A model generated the notes under the pieces. That model was not told where the DNA came from. It ran no database searches and worked only from the letters and a program-made list of their open reading frames with translations. Positions 16,759 to 25,865 of a stretch of 32,000 bases of DNA are shown piece by piece. This DNA comes from Patescibacteria group bacterium (GTDB taxonomy: Bacteria; Patescibacteriota; Minisyncoccia; UBA6257; HR35), in contig JAUQQN010000002.1 in NCBI GenBank assembly GCA_030549845.1, positions 1 through 32,000 of the forward strand, read 5' to 3'. The position numbers and the translations under genes were made by a program. Within the stretch, counting starts at the first letter, position 1; every line of letters begins with the position of its first letter.

Positions 16759-19700
16759 TTAAATAAAAACTTCTTTTTTAAAGTTTGAACCAATGTAGGG
16801 TTTTCGTCCTATTATTATATTTTCTTTTAAGCCTCTTAATTTATCTTCTTTGCATTCTAATGCGCTTCTGACTAAAACTCTAGCAGTTTCTTGAAAAGAT
16901 GCTGCAGATAAAAAGCTTTCTGATGTTAACGCTACTTTTGTTATTCCTCTTAGAAGCAAAATACCCTTTGCTGGTTTTTTACCTTCCTTTTTAAGATTTT
17001 CATTAACAGTTAAAAATATAGGCTTTTCTACTACATCATTGTATGCAAATGAAGAATCACCAGGGTCTTTTACTTTTACTCTTGAAAACATTTTTCTTAT
17101 AACAATTTCAACATGTTTATCATGTATCTCTGCTCCTTGGAAGTTATATACTTTTTTGAATTCATTTAAGATGTATTTAAATGCAGCTATTTTGCCTTTA
17201 TAAGCATAGATTGCTTTTGGATCTTGAACACCTTCATTTAATGGATCTCCTTTTTCTATTCTACTTCCTTTTTTAACTAACAAATTAAATGCTCTAGGAA
17301 CATGAATAATAAACTTCTTTCTTCTAGGTCCTCTAATTGTTATTTTCCAATATTTTGGCATTTCTTCTATCGATTCAACAACACCATTAACTGGAGATAA
17401 AATACTTTGATTTTTAGGCGTTCTTACCTCTAACAATTCTTCTGCCCTAGGAACTCCTTGAGTTATATCAGCAGCCCCTGCAATACCACCTACATGAAAA
17501 GTTCTCATCGTAAGCTGAGTAGCTGGTTCCCCTATAGATTGTGCTGCTATAATTCCAACTGCTTCGCCTAATTTAACAGGTCTATCATATGCTAAATCAA
17601 ATCCATAACATTTAGCACAAACCCCCCATTTTGCTTTACAAGTAAATGGCGATCTTACTTTAACTTTATCTATATTTTTTAAGTTTTCTATTTTTTTAGC
17701 TATATCTCTTGTTATGTATTCTCCTTTGTTTATAACTATATTTCCATCCTCATCTTTTATTGTTTCTAAAATCACTCTTGAATAAATTTTATTTGCAAAA
17801 GATTCGTTTGTTTCTTCTGCTTCCTTTTTCGTAATAATGATTCCTTCTTCATCTTTACAATCTTCTTCTGTAACTATTACATCATGTACAGCATCTATCA
17901 TTCTTCTTGTAAGATAACCAGCTTTTGCTGTTTTTAATGCAGTATCAGAAGCTCCCTTTCTTGCGCCATGAGTGCTTATAAAATATTCCAAACAAGAAAG
18001 CCCTTCGTGATAACAACTTTTAATAGGTAAATCAATTATCTCACCTTTAGGGTTTTCAACTAATCCTTTCATCCCGCACATCTGCCCTAATTGAGCATAA
18101 GACCCCCTTGCTCCTGAATCTATCATTCTTCTTGGATTGTTGTACTCTTCTAAGGTCTTCTTTATTAAATTATTTACTTCTTGCGTAGCCTTTATCCAAA
18201 TATCAATAGTTAACATTTTCTTTTCTTCATCACTTAAAAGCCCATTCTCATAGCTTTCTCTTATTTCCTTTTCTTTTTCCTCTGCTTCTTTAATTACCCT
18301 TTCTTTTTCTTCAGGTACCTTTAGGTCAGAAAGAGCCCAAGATATTCCTGAAATAGTAGCGTATTCAAATCCAAGATTTTTTATCTTGTCCAAAATATGA
18401 GATGTTTTTTCGGCTCCATACTTGTGATAAATATCCTCTACTAAACCTGATAATAATTTCTTTGTAATAGTTTGATTAATAAATTGATAATCTGATGGTA
18501 ATACTTCATTAAATATCAATCTTCCTACAGTGGTTTCGATATTTTCTTCGTTTTTGTACTTTTTCACAATAATTTTTGCATTCAGATCTATCTCACCGTA
18601 TTCATATAAAAGCTTTGCTTCTTTTATGTCATATACCTTTTTACCTTCCCCTCGTGCTCCTTTAATTATCTGTGTTAAAAAGTAACAACCTAAAATTATG
18701 TCTTTTGTAGGAGTTGTAATAGCTTCACCAGTCCCCGGCTTTAGATGATTTTTAGAAGCCAGCATAATTTCTTCAGCTTCTTTTTGTGCTTCCTCAGAAA
18801 GAGGCAAAAAGATAGCCATTTGATCTCCGTCAAAGTCTGCATTATAAGCCGTACAAACTAAAGCAGGAATTCTTAAAGATGGACCTTCAACTAAAATAGG
18901 TTTAAATGCCTGAATACCAAGTCTGTGAAGTGTGGGAGCTCTATTTAAAAGTACATATTTATTTTTAATTATTTGGTCTAAAATCTCAACAGCTTCAGGG
19001 TCTTCTGCTTCTATAATGTAATTAGCTTGTTTAATAGTTAAAGCTATTCCCCTTTTGATAATTTCATGAATAATAAACGGCTTAAATATCTCTAATGCCA
19101 TTTTTTTAGGTACTCCACATTCATCAATATTCAATTCTGGCCCTATTACGATTACAGCCCTTCCAGAGTAATCTACTCTTTTACCTAAAAGATTTTGCCT
19201 AAATCTTCCCTGCTTTCCTCGCAGCATATCTGCCAACGATTTCATAACTTTTCTTTGCCCAACTACTAATCTTTCTTTTTTAATAGTATTATCCAGCAAA
19301 ACATCCACGGCTTCTTGAAGCATTCTTTTTTCATTTCTAATTATTATTTGAGGAGCTTTTGTTTCATATAATTTCTTTAATCGATTATTTCTGTTAATTA
19401 CTCTTCTATAAAGATCATTTAAATCAGAGGAAACTAATTTCCCTCCTTCCAGTTGCACTATTGGACGTAGATCAGGTGGTATAACTGGTAAAACTGTAAG
19501 AACCATCCATTCTGGTCTTATTTTATTTTCTATGAATGATTTTAAGAATTTAAGCTTTAAGGATAATTTTCTTTTTTCGATTCCTTTAGCTTTTTTAAGT
19601 CGTTGGGAGGTTTCTTTATATTCTTTTTCTAAATCCAATTCTTCCAAAAATCTTCTTATAGGTTCTGCTCCGGTATCTACCTCAAAAATACCTGGGTATT

Positions 19701-20301
19701 TTCTTGATAGAGTGTAATATTCTACATCGCTTAGAACTTTTTTAATCTTTATCGAATTAAGTTCTTCTTTTATTTTCTTAAATGTTTCCTCTATTTGTGC
19801 TTTTATTTCTTTCTTTTCAATTGTCTGAATTTTTTCTTTATATTCTTTTTCTATACTTTCTAGTAGTTTTTTCTTTTTCTCTTCATCGACGCTTGTTATT
19901 ATATATGCTGAGTTATAAACAACTTTTTCTAACTGATAATTAGGAATTTCTAAAAGAAGAGAAATTGGGTATGGATATACTTTCAAAAACCATATGTGAA
20001 CAACTGGAGCAGCAAGCATGATATGTCCCATCCTTTCTCTTCTTGCTGTAGACCTTATAACCTGAACTCCACACCTATCACATCTATGCCCAGCATATTG
20101 AGACCCCTTATATTTACCACAAGAACATTCAAAATCTTTAACAGGACCAAAAATTACTTCAGAGAATAAACCATCCCTATCAGGCTTTCCAGTTCTATAA
20201 TTTATTGTCTCAGGTTTTGTAACTTCACCATACGACCAACTCAAAATTTCTTCTGGTGAGGCTAACTTTATTGAGATTGATTTAATATCATATGGCTTCA
20301 T
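16759..20301 (-). CDS. rpoC: DNA-directed RNA polymerase subunit beta-prime
   Basis: 1180 aa. N-terminal zinc motif CSCGKY...CDRCGV, and the catalytic NADFDGDQM. ATGA overlap with rpoB. Confidence 0.98.
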   Translation of the reverse strand: MKPYDIKSISIKLASPEEILSWSYGEVTKPETINYRTGKPDRDGLFSEVIFGPVKDFECSCGKYKGSQYAGHRCDRCGVQVIRSTARRERMGHIMLAAPVVHIWFLKVYPYPISLLLEIPNYQLEKVVYNSAYIITSVDEEKKKKLLESIEKEYKEKIQTIEKKEIKAQIEETFKKIKEELNSIKIKKVLSDVEYYTLSRKYPGIFEVDTGAEPIRRFLEELDLEKEYKETSQRLKKAKGIEKRKLSLKLKFLKSFIENKIRPEWMVLTVLPVIPPDLRPIVQLEGGKLVSSDLNDLYRRVINRNNRLKKLYETKAPQIIIRNEKRMLQEAVDVLLDNTIKKERLVVGQRKVMKSLADMLRGKQGRFRQNLLGKRVDYSGRAVIVIGPELNIDECGVPKKMALEIFKPFIIHEIIKRGIALTIKQANYIIEAEDPEAVEILDQIIKNKYVLLNRAPTLHRLGIQAFKPILVEGPSLRIPALVCTAYNADFDGDQMAIFLPLSEEAQKEAEEIMLASKNHLKPGTGEAITTPTKDIILGCYFLTQIIKGARGEGKKVYDIKEAKLLYEYGEIDLNAKIIVKKYKNEENIETTVGRLIFNEVLPSDYQFINQTITKKLLSGLVEDIYHKYGAEKTSHILDKIKNLGFEYATISGISWALSDLKVPEEKERVIKEAEEKEKEIRESYENGLLSDEEKKMLTIDIWIKATQEVNNLIKKTLEEYNNPRRMIDSGARGSYAQLGQMCGMKGLVENPKGEIIDLPIKSCYHEGLSCLEYFISTHGARKGASDTALKTAKAGYLTRRMIDAVHDVIVTEEDCKDEEGIIITKKEAEETNESFANKIYSRVILETIKDEDGNIVINKGEYITRDIAKKIENLKNIDKVKVRSPFTCKAKWGVCAKCYGFDLAYDRPVKLGEAVGIIAAQSIGEPATQLTMRTFHVGGIAGAADITQGVPRAEELLEVRTPKNQSILSPVNGVVESIEEMPKYWKITIRGPRRKKFIIHVPRAFNLLVKKGSRIEKGDPLNEGVQDPKAIYAYKGKIAAFKYILNEFKKVYNFQGAEIHDKHVEIVIRKMFSRVKVKDPGDSSFAYNDVVEKPIFLTVNENLKKEGKKPAKGILLLRGITKVALTSESFLSAASFQETARVLVRSALECKEDKLRGLKENIIIGRKPYIGSNFKKEVFI

Positions 20302-23300
20302 TTTTCTTCTTTTTCTAAGTTTAATTGACTTTGATCAAGTGGTGCTTTAACTTTTTCTGCCTCTTCTTTAATTTCTTCTGTTGGAGGGGGTGTGATTTCT
20401 TCTTTTTTAATTTCTAATGAAAATCCTAATCCATTTAATTCTTTCACTAAAAGATGGAAGGATGAAGGAATATTCGGTGTTTGAATTGGTTCACCTTTTA
20501 CAATACTAGTATAAGCCTTACCTCTTCCAATTACATCATCAGATTTTATTGTAAGCATTTCTTGTAAATTATTAACAGCACTGTATGCTTCTAATGCCCA
20601 AACTTCCATTTCTCCTAATCTTTGACCACCAAATTGAGCTTTACCTCCTAGTGGTTGTTGAGTAATTAAAGAATAAGGTCCTATAGACCTTGCATGCATT
20701 TTATCTTCTGCCATATGAATTAATTTCATAACATACATAATACCTACACCAACTTTTTCTTTAAATGGTTCACCTGTTTTGCCATCATACAAAACAACTT
20801 TTCCATCTTCGGGTAATCCTGCTTTTTTAAGCTCCTCCTTAACTTCCTCTGAACCTATTCCTGATATTGAAGGAATTATAGCTCTATAACCTAAAATCTT
20901 CGCTGCATAACCAAGATGCATTTCTAAAATTTGTCCTAGGTTCATTCTTGAAACAACTCCTAGGGGGCTTAAAACTATATCTAATGGCCTGCCATCTGGT
21001 AAAAATGGCATATCTTCTTCTGGCAAAATAATAGAAATGACACCTTTATTACCATGCCTATTTGCTAATTTATCTCCTATCTGAAGTTTTTTGAGTTTAG
21101 CAACTTCTACTGCTATTCTTTTAATAACTCCAGGTTCAGCTATTTCTCCTTTTTCTCTTTCCAAAACTTTTACTCTTATTACTCTTCCTGATTTACCTGG
21201 TTCTAAATATAAAGAAGTATCCTTCACTTCCTCTGCTTTTTCACCAAAAATAGCTTTTAATAATTTTTCTTCTGGTGTAAGCTCGACTTCTTTTTTAGGC
21301 GTGATCTTACCAACTAAAATATCACCTGCTCTTACTTCTGCGCCTATTCTCACTATTCCTTCTTCATCTAAATTCTTCAACTTCACCTCAGGAACTCCTG
21401 GAATATCTGCTGTAGTTTCTTCTAGCCCCAATTTTGTATCTCTTACATCAATAGAAAATTCCTCAATAGAAATAGATGTAAAGGTATCATTTTTTAAAAG
21501 CCTTTCAGAAATAACAATAGCATCTTCAAAATTGTATCCTCTAAAGCTTAAAAAGCCTACCAAAAGGTTTGCTCCTAGCGCCAAGATTCCATTTTTTGTG
21601 CTAGGACCATCTGCTAAAACTTCTCCTTTTTTGAATTTATAACCTTTTTGTACAATTGGTTTTTGATTTATACAAGTAAAATCATTTGTTCTTCTATATT
21701 TTTTCAAAATATAGGTTTTTGTTTCTTTCTTTCCATTTTTCTTATAATATACTACTTTTATATGTTCTCCATCTACTTCTAAAACTTCTCCATCATCTTC
21801 AGCAATTACTAAATAACCACTATCTCTTGCTACATATTCCTCAATACCTGTGCTAACTATTGGTACTTCTGGTTTTATCAAAGGAACAGCTTGTTTTTGC
21901 ATATTAGAACCCATTTGGGCTCTATTAGCATCATCATGAGCAAGAAAAGGAATTAAATTAGTTGCCACAGAAAATGGTTGTATAGGGGAAATTTCTATCA
22001 ATTCAACTTCATCTTTATGTATTATTGTAGGCTCCCCATTCACCCTACCTTCTACATATTCATCAACAATATTTCCATCTTTATCTAATTTCGCACTTCC
22101 ACTTGCTATTTTATATTTAAGTTCTTCAAGGGCTGTTAAGTAAATTATTTCTTTTTTATTAACTTTTCCATTATTTACTTTGTAGTAAGGTGTTTCTAAA
22201 AATCCAAATTCATTTATTCTAGAATATATAGCTCTATAAGTAATAAGCCCTATATTTTGACCCTCGGGAGTTTGCACTGGACAAATTTTCCCATAGTGCG
22301 TAGGATGTACGTCTCTTACATCAAAGCCAGCTCTTTCTTTCGTCAAACCACCAGGCCCAGAAGCTGTTAATCTTCTTTTATGTTCAAGCTCTGTCAAAAT
22401 ATTTATCTGAGATGCTAATTGAGAAAGAGGCGATAGGTTAAAGAACTCAGAAATTGCGTTAGAAAAAGTTTTTGCATATATTAATTGTCCAGGATAATTC
22501 TTTTGAGATTTATCTAAAGACAAAAACCTGTCTTGGATTGTTCTTACCATTCTACTTAATGCAATTCTAACTTGATTTTCTAACAAATCTTTTACACTTC
22601 TTACTCTTCTATTCCACAAAGCATCTATATCATCAGGTTGGGCTTTGGGATTTTTTTGCAATCTTAATATTTCTTTTACAACTTCTAATAAATCTTCTTT
22701 TTCCAAAATTAAAGAATTAGAGTTTCTATTTAACCTTCTGTTTATATGGTATCTACCAACCTCAGAAAGTGAATATCTATCTTTTCTTTTGAATAAGTTC
22801 TCCATTAAAGAAAGAGCATTATCATATGTATTAGGTTCGAAACTTCTAAGTTTTAAATGAATATATAATAAAGCTTCTTCTTGGGTTTTTGTTTCGTCTT
22901 TTCTAAGTGTTGTTTTTATAACGTCTAAACTTTCATCTAGTTTTAAAAGTTCTTTTTCTAGCTCTTCATTAGTAAATCCGAAGGCCTTCAATAAAATCGT
23001 TGCAGGTACTTTTTTACGTCTATCAATTTTTACTTGCAAAACATTGCTTGGCTCTATTTGAAACTCTAACCAAGCACCTCTGAATGGTATTATTTTAGCG
23101 CCAAAAAGATTTCTTTCACCAAATTTAATTGCTGTAAAGTAGACACCCGGAGATCGAAGAAGTTGATTTACTATTATTCTTTCATTTCCATTTATAATAA
23201 ATGTTCCTCTTTCTGTTATAACAGGAATATCTCCAAAATAAACATCTTGCTCTGTTTCTTCTCTTTTAGGAATATTTACCAATCTTAATTTTACTCTTAG

Positions 23301-23546
23301 TGGGGCGGAATAAGTCCATCCTTTTTCTTTGCATTCCTCTTCAGAATATTTAGCTTTACCTACGTAACAATCAATAAAATCCAATCTAAATTCTTTCCCA
23401 CTATAATCAAAAATTGGAAAATATTCCATGAAGACCTTTTTCAGGCCTTCTTCTACAAATTTATTAAAGGATTCTATCTGATAAATTATCAGATTTTCAG
23501 GAGGTACAATATTATAAATGCTTAGAAATTTTTTTTGTAAAATCAT
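20298..23546 (-). CDS. rpoB: DNA-directed RNA polymerase subunit beta
   Basis: 1082 aa. Rif cluster I-like block SQLASQINILTELEHKRRLTASGPGGL, plus GANLLVGF, NRHGNKGV and GGQRLGEMEVWALEAY. Confidence 0.98.
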   Translation of the reverse strand: MILQKKFLSIYNIVPPENLIIYQIESFNKFVEEGLKKVFMEYFPIFDYSGKEFRLDFIDCYVGKAKYSEEECKEKGWTYSAPLRVKLRLVNIPKREETEQDVYFGDIPVITERGTFIINGNERIIVNQLLRSPGVYFTAIKFGERNLFGAKIIPFRGAWLEFQIEPSNVLQVKIDRRKKVPATILLKAFGFTNEELEKELLKLDESLDVIKTTLRKDETKTQEEALLYIHLKLRSFEPNTYDNALSLMENLFKRKDRYSLSEVGRYHINRRLNRNSNSLILEKEDLLEVVKEILRLQKNPKAQPDDIDALWNRRVRSVKDLLENQVRIALSRMVRTIQDRFLSLDKSQKNYPGQLIYAKTFSNAISEFFNLSPLSQLASQINILTELEHKRRLTASGPGGLTKERAGFDVRDVHPTHYGKICPVQTPEGQNIGLITYRAIYSRINEFGFLETPYYKVNNGKVNKKEIIYLTALEELKYKIASGSAKLDKDGNIVDEYVEGRVNGEPTIIHKDEVELIEISPIQPFSVATNLIPFLAHDDANRAQMGSNMQKQAVPLIKPEVPIVSTGIEEYVARDSGYLVIAEDDGEVLEVDGEHIKVVYYKKNGKKETKTYILKKYRRTNDFTCINQKPIVQKGYKFKKGEVLADGPSTKNGILALGANLLVGFLSFRGYNFEDAIVISERLLKNDTFTSISIEEFSIDVRDTKLGLEETTADIPGVPEVKLKNLDEEGIVRIGAEVRAGDILVGKITPKKEVELTPEEKLLKAIFGEKAEEVKDTSLYLEPGKSGRVIRVKVLEREKGEIAEPGVIKRIAVEVAKLKKLQIGDKLANRHGNKGVISIILPEEDMPFLPDGRPLDIVLSPLGVVSRMNLGQILEMHLGYAAKILGYRAIIPSISGIGSEEVKEELKKAGLPEDGKVVLYDGKTGEPFKEKVGVGIMYVMKLIHMAEDKMHARSIGPYSLITQQPLGGKAQFGGQRLGEMEVWALEAYSAVNNLQEMLTIKSDDVIGRGKAYTSIVKGEPIQTPNIPSSFHLLVKELNGLGFSLEIKKEEITPPPTEEIKEEAEKVKAPLDQSQLNLEKEEK

Positions 23547-23555
23547 ATAAAAATA

Positions 23556-23576
23556 CGCTTAAAAAGCGCTTAAAAA
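23556..23576 (-). repeat. Tandem 11-nt direct repeat in the rpoB leader. On the sense strand it reads TTTTTAAGCG-C-TTTTTAAGCG, ending 9 nt before the ATG.
   Basis: On the plus strand, cgcttaaaaa occurs at 23556-23565 and again at 23567-23576, separated by g. The centre, AAGCGCTT, is also palindromic. Confidence 0.5.
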
Positions 23577-23648
23577 TTTAATTTAAATCTAAATTTCTAA
23601 AAGGTATGTAAAAATTTTCTGCAAGGAAAATTTAATATAGGCACTAAA

Positions 23649-23677
23649 ATTATAAATCAAAAAAATTCCCATGTCAA
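23649..23677 (-). promoter_or_regulatory. Perfect-consensus sigma-70 promoter upstream of rpoB: TTGACA-N17-TATAAT
   Basis: On the minus strand the -35 TTGACA is at 23677..23672. The spacer is exactly 17 nt (23671..23655), and the -10 TATAAT is at 23654..23649. The predicted leader is about 95 nt. Confidence 0.75.
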
Positions 23678-23734
23678 GATTGCAAAGGAGTACACCCGGG
23701 AAGTTCGCTATGCCTGTAAAACAATTATAGCTTG

Positions 23735-25783
23735 TTATTTTTTCAGAATAGTATCTAAAATCTTCAAAGATTCGGAGTCATTAAATTTACTTTTATACTC
23801 ATTCAAAAATCTATAAAATTTTTCATTATCTCTATCTTTTAATATTCGAAGTACTATAAGATATTGAATTTGGTTTTCTGGATATAAACCTCTTGCTATT
23901 GTTTCTTCCATTAAGTTGAAAGCTTTTTCTTTTTCGTCAATTAAATAATATAAGTTAGCTAATAAAAATAACACTCGTGGTGATTCTCTATATTTTATTC
24001 TAATTCCTTCTAGAATTTTAATCGCTTTTTCTTTTTCTCCTAAGCCTTGTAAAAATCTAGCATAATCTAAATAAATATCTGGATAATTTGGATATAAAGT
24101 TAAATAATTTTTATATAGATTTAAACTTATATTTTTTTCAAATGTATAATCCATTTTATTGGCTTTCTTTGCATTTATTATTCTACTTAAATGAATTAAT
24201 ACAATGTTATAAAGCCTTGAATCATAAGGATCTTTTTTTAATGCTTCTAAATATATCTTTGTAAATTCATGAGCTTCTTTTATGGTAGAAATTTTACTTA
24301 TGTTTGCTTCTAAATATCTTGCTGTCATATTTGCGATTTCCGGAATAAAGTTTGAACCAATCGATATTAACCTTTGAAATTTATAAAAACCTAGGGGGTA
24401 TGGCGAGTTTAAGGCATTTATTATCTCCATAGCAATATAGAAGTGATAAAGATTTAAAAAAATACCAATTAAAGTAAGCCCCATAACTAAGATTTTTAAA
24501 CTTAATCTTTCAATTTTTACTTTTTTTTCTGATTGTATAGGAATTGACACTAAAGAAAGCCCAAAAAACAAAGGTAAGTAGCTTGCTTGAATATCAAAAA
24601 GAGTTAAATTTTGTCCTAAATAACCTAAAAATAAACCCAAAAGAGTTGATTTAAGATACCTGTCTTTTTCATCTCTAAAAATACTTATAAAAACTGATAA
24701 ATAAAATAGAAACCAAAAAATAGCCCCTATTATTCCTGTTGTTACTAAAATTTCGATATATTTATTGTGCGGTCTATCAAATATTACTTCTTCATAGTTA
24801 TATATTTCTGGATTAAAAGCCTTAAAGTAAGCTATTGGTGAATTTTCTAAACCATAGCCAATAATAGGTTCTTTTTCCCAAGCATTTATAAATATATTCC
24901 AAGCAAGCCATCGTGCCATATAAGCTTTAGGGTCATATAATGTATCATGTAATCTTCCAAAAAGTGGTAAATTTTTAGCATATGGAGATTTTATAAAAAG
25001 AAAAAGGAATATGATTAAAGAAAAAATTAAAATAGTTGAAATTATTTTTACCGACAATTTAACCCTTGAAGAAAGAAAATAATATAAGACTGAAATCGGA
25101 ATAGCTATAATTAAAGCAACAATTGAACCCCTTGTTTCACTGATAAAAATATTTAATATGGAAAATAATATACCAACAAATATTACAGATTTTTCAAAAT
25201 AATTTGAATCTTTAAGAAAATATAAGCATAAAAAGAACATCAAAACTGAAAAGAAACCAATATATGTAGGGTTTCCAAATGTAGAATCTGGTCTTATTGT
25301 CCCTTTTAATTTTTGAGATATTTCGATCAAAGAAACTATATAGAGAACAATCAAAAAGGAGTAAAAAATAGTTTTTTTATATTCTGGATCAATTTTAAAT
25401 AATATATACAAAACCCAAAACCACATTAAAAAGTGAAGTAATCCCCAAAATCCTTCCATTCTTTCAGCATTTCCCCAAAAAGAAAGATAGGGCCTATAAG
25501 AAAAAGGAATTAATAAAAGCATAACTAAAATTAGAATGATAGAACCCCAAAAAATATATTCTTTTTTCGAGGGAATTAGATTTATGTTTTTGAAAATCAA
25601 AAACAAAGTTAAAGCAAAAGATATTTCAACTAATATTCTAAAAAATATTGCTTTTCCTGTAATATAGGGGAAAAATAAATTGAATATACAAAAATAATTT
25701 GGACAAACTAAGATCAAACTAAAAGGAATCAGAAAAGTTAATATTTTCAAAATAAATAGTATATTTTTTTCTTCCTTAGACAT
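23735..25783 (-). CDS. Polytopic membrane protein of the O-antigen ligase / Wzy_C family fused to a C-terminal TPR-repeat domain (possible O-oligosaccharyltransferase or polymerase)
   Basis: 682 aa. At least 10 hydrophobic helices lie in the first ~450 aa. RPHNKYIEILVTTGIIG resembles the Wzy_C signature (HN.yLe.l.e.GiiG). The last ~230 aa have TPR-like repeats (YLEALKKDPYDSRLYN; YLDYARFLQGLGEKEKAIKILE; LLANLYYLIDEKEKAFNLMEE). Confidence 0.7.
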   Translation of the reverse strand: MSKEEKNILFILKILTFLIPFSLILVCPNYFCIFNLFFPYITGKAIFFRILVEISFALTLFLIFKNINLIPSKKEYIFWGSIILILVMLLLIPFSYRPYLSFWGNAERMEGFWGLLHFLMWFWVLYILFKIDPEYKKTIFYSFLIVLYIVSLIEISQKLKGTIRPDSTFGNPTYIGFFSVLMFFLCLYFLKDSNYFEKSVIFVGILFSILNIFISETRGSIVALIIAIPISVLYYFLSSRVKLSVKIISTILIFSLIIFLFLFIKSPYAKNLPLFGRLHDTLYDPKAYMARWLAWNIFINAWEKEPIIGYGLENSPIAYFKAFNPEIYNYEEVIFDRPHNKYIEILVTTGIIGAIFWFLFYLSVFISIFRDEKDRYLKSTLLGLFLGYLGQNLTLFDIQASYLPLFFGLSLVSIPIQSEKKVKIERLSLKILVMGLTLIGIFLNLYHFYIAMEIINALNSPYPLGFYKFQRLISIGSNFIPEIANMTARYLEANISKISTIKEAHEFTKIYLEALKKDPYDSRLYNIVLIHLSRIINAKKANKMDYTFEKNISLNLYKNYLTLYPNYPDIYLDYARFLQGLGEKEKAIKILEGIRIKYRESPRVLFLLANLYYLIDEKEKAFNLMEETIARGLYPENQIQYLIVLRILKDRDNEKFYRFLNEYKSKFNDSESLKILDTILKK

Positions 25784-25810
25784 CTTTAAATTAAATTTTA
25801 AAAAATTTAT

Positions 25811-25849
25811 TCAAAAAATGAAGAGCCCCGGCTTTTGCCGGGGCTCTTC
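25811..25849 (-). terminator. Rho-independent terminator after the 640-aa surface-protein gene
   Basis: A perfect 13-bp GC-rich stem (25820-25832 pairs with 25837-25849: gaagagccccggc / gccggggctcttc) with a tttt loop. On the minus strand it is followed by AUUUUUUGA (25819..25811). It begins 17 nt after the stop codon. Confidence 0.85.
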
Positions 25850-25865
25850 TAAGGGGGAATATTCT

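Noticed and set aside
667-23546. Alternative genetic code (UGA recoded, as in SR1/Gracilibacteria code 25 or code 4)
   Set aside because: TGA serves as the terminal stop of pilT, pilN-like, pilO-like, orf95, comF and rpoB inside ATGA overlaps. All conserved proteins are full length and collinear under the standard code.
23594-23674. A 26-codon minus-strand ORF (MGIFLIYNFSAYIKFSLQKIFTYLLEI) in the rpoB upstream region, as a possible leader peptide
   Set aside because: Its ATG lies inside the promoter spacer, upstream of the predicted transcription start. The sequence is generic AT-rich translation with no support.
23682-23714. GC-rich patch between the Wzy_C-TPR gene stop and the rpoB -35, as an intrinsic terminator or small RNA
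   Set aside because: I could not find a stable stem. Only the 6-nt CCCGGG self-palindrome is present, and no U-tract follows. It is kept only as a note within the rpoB promoter finding.
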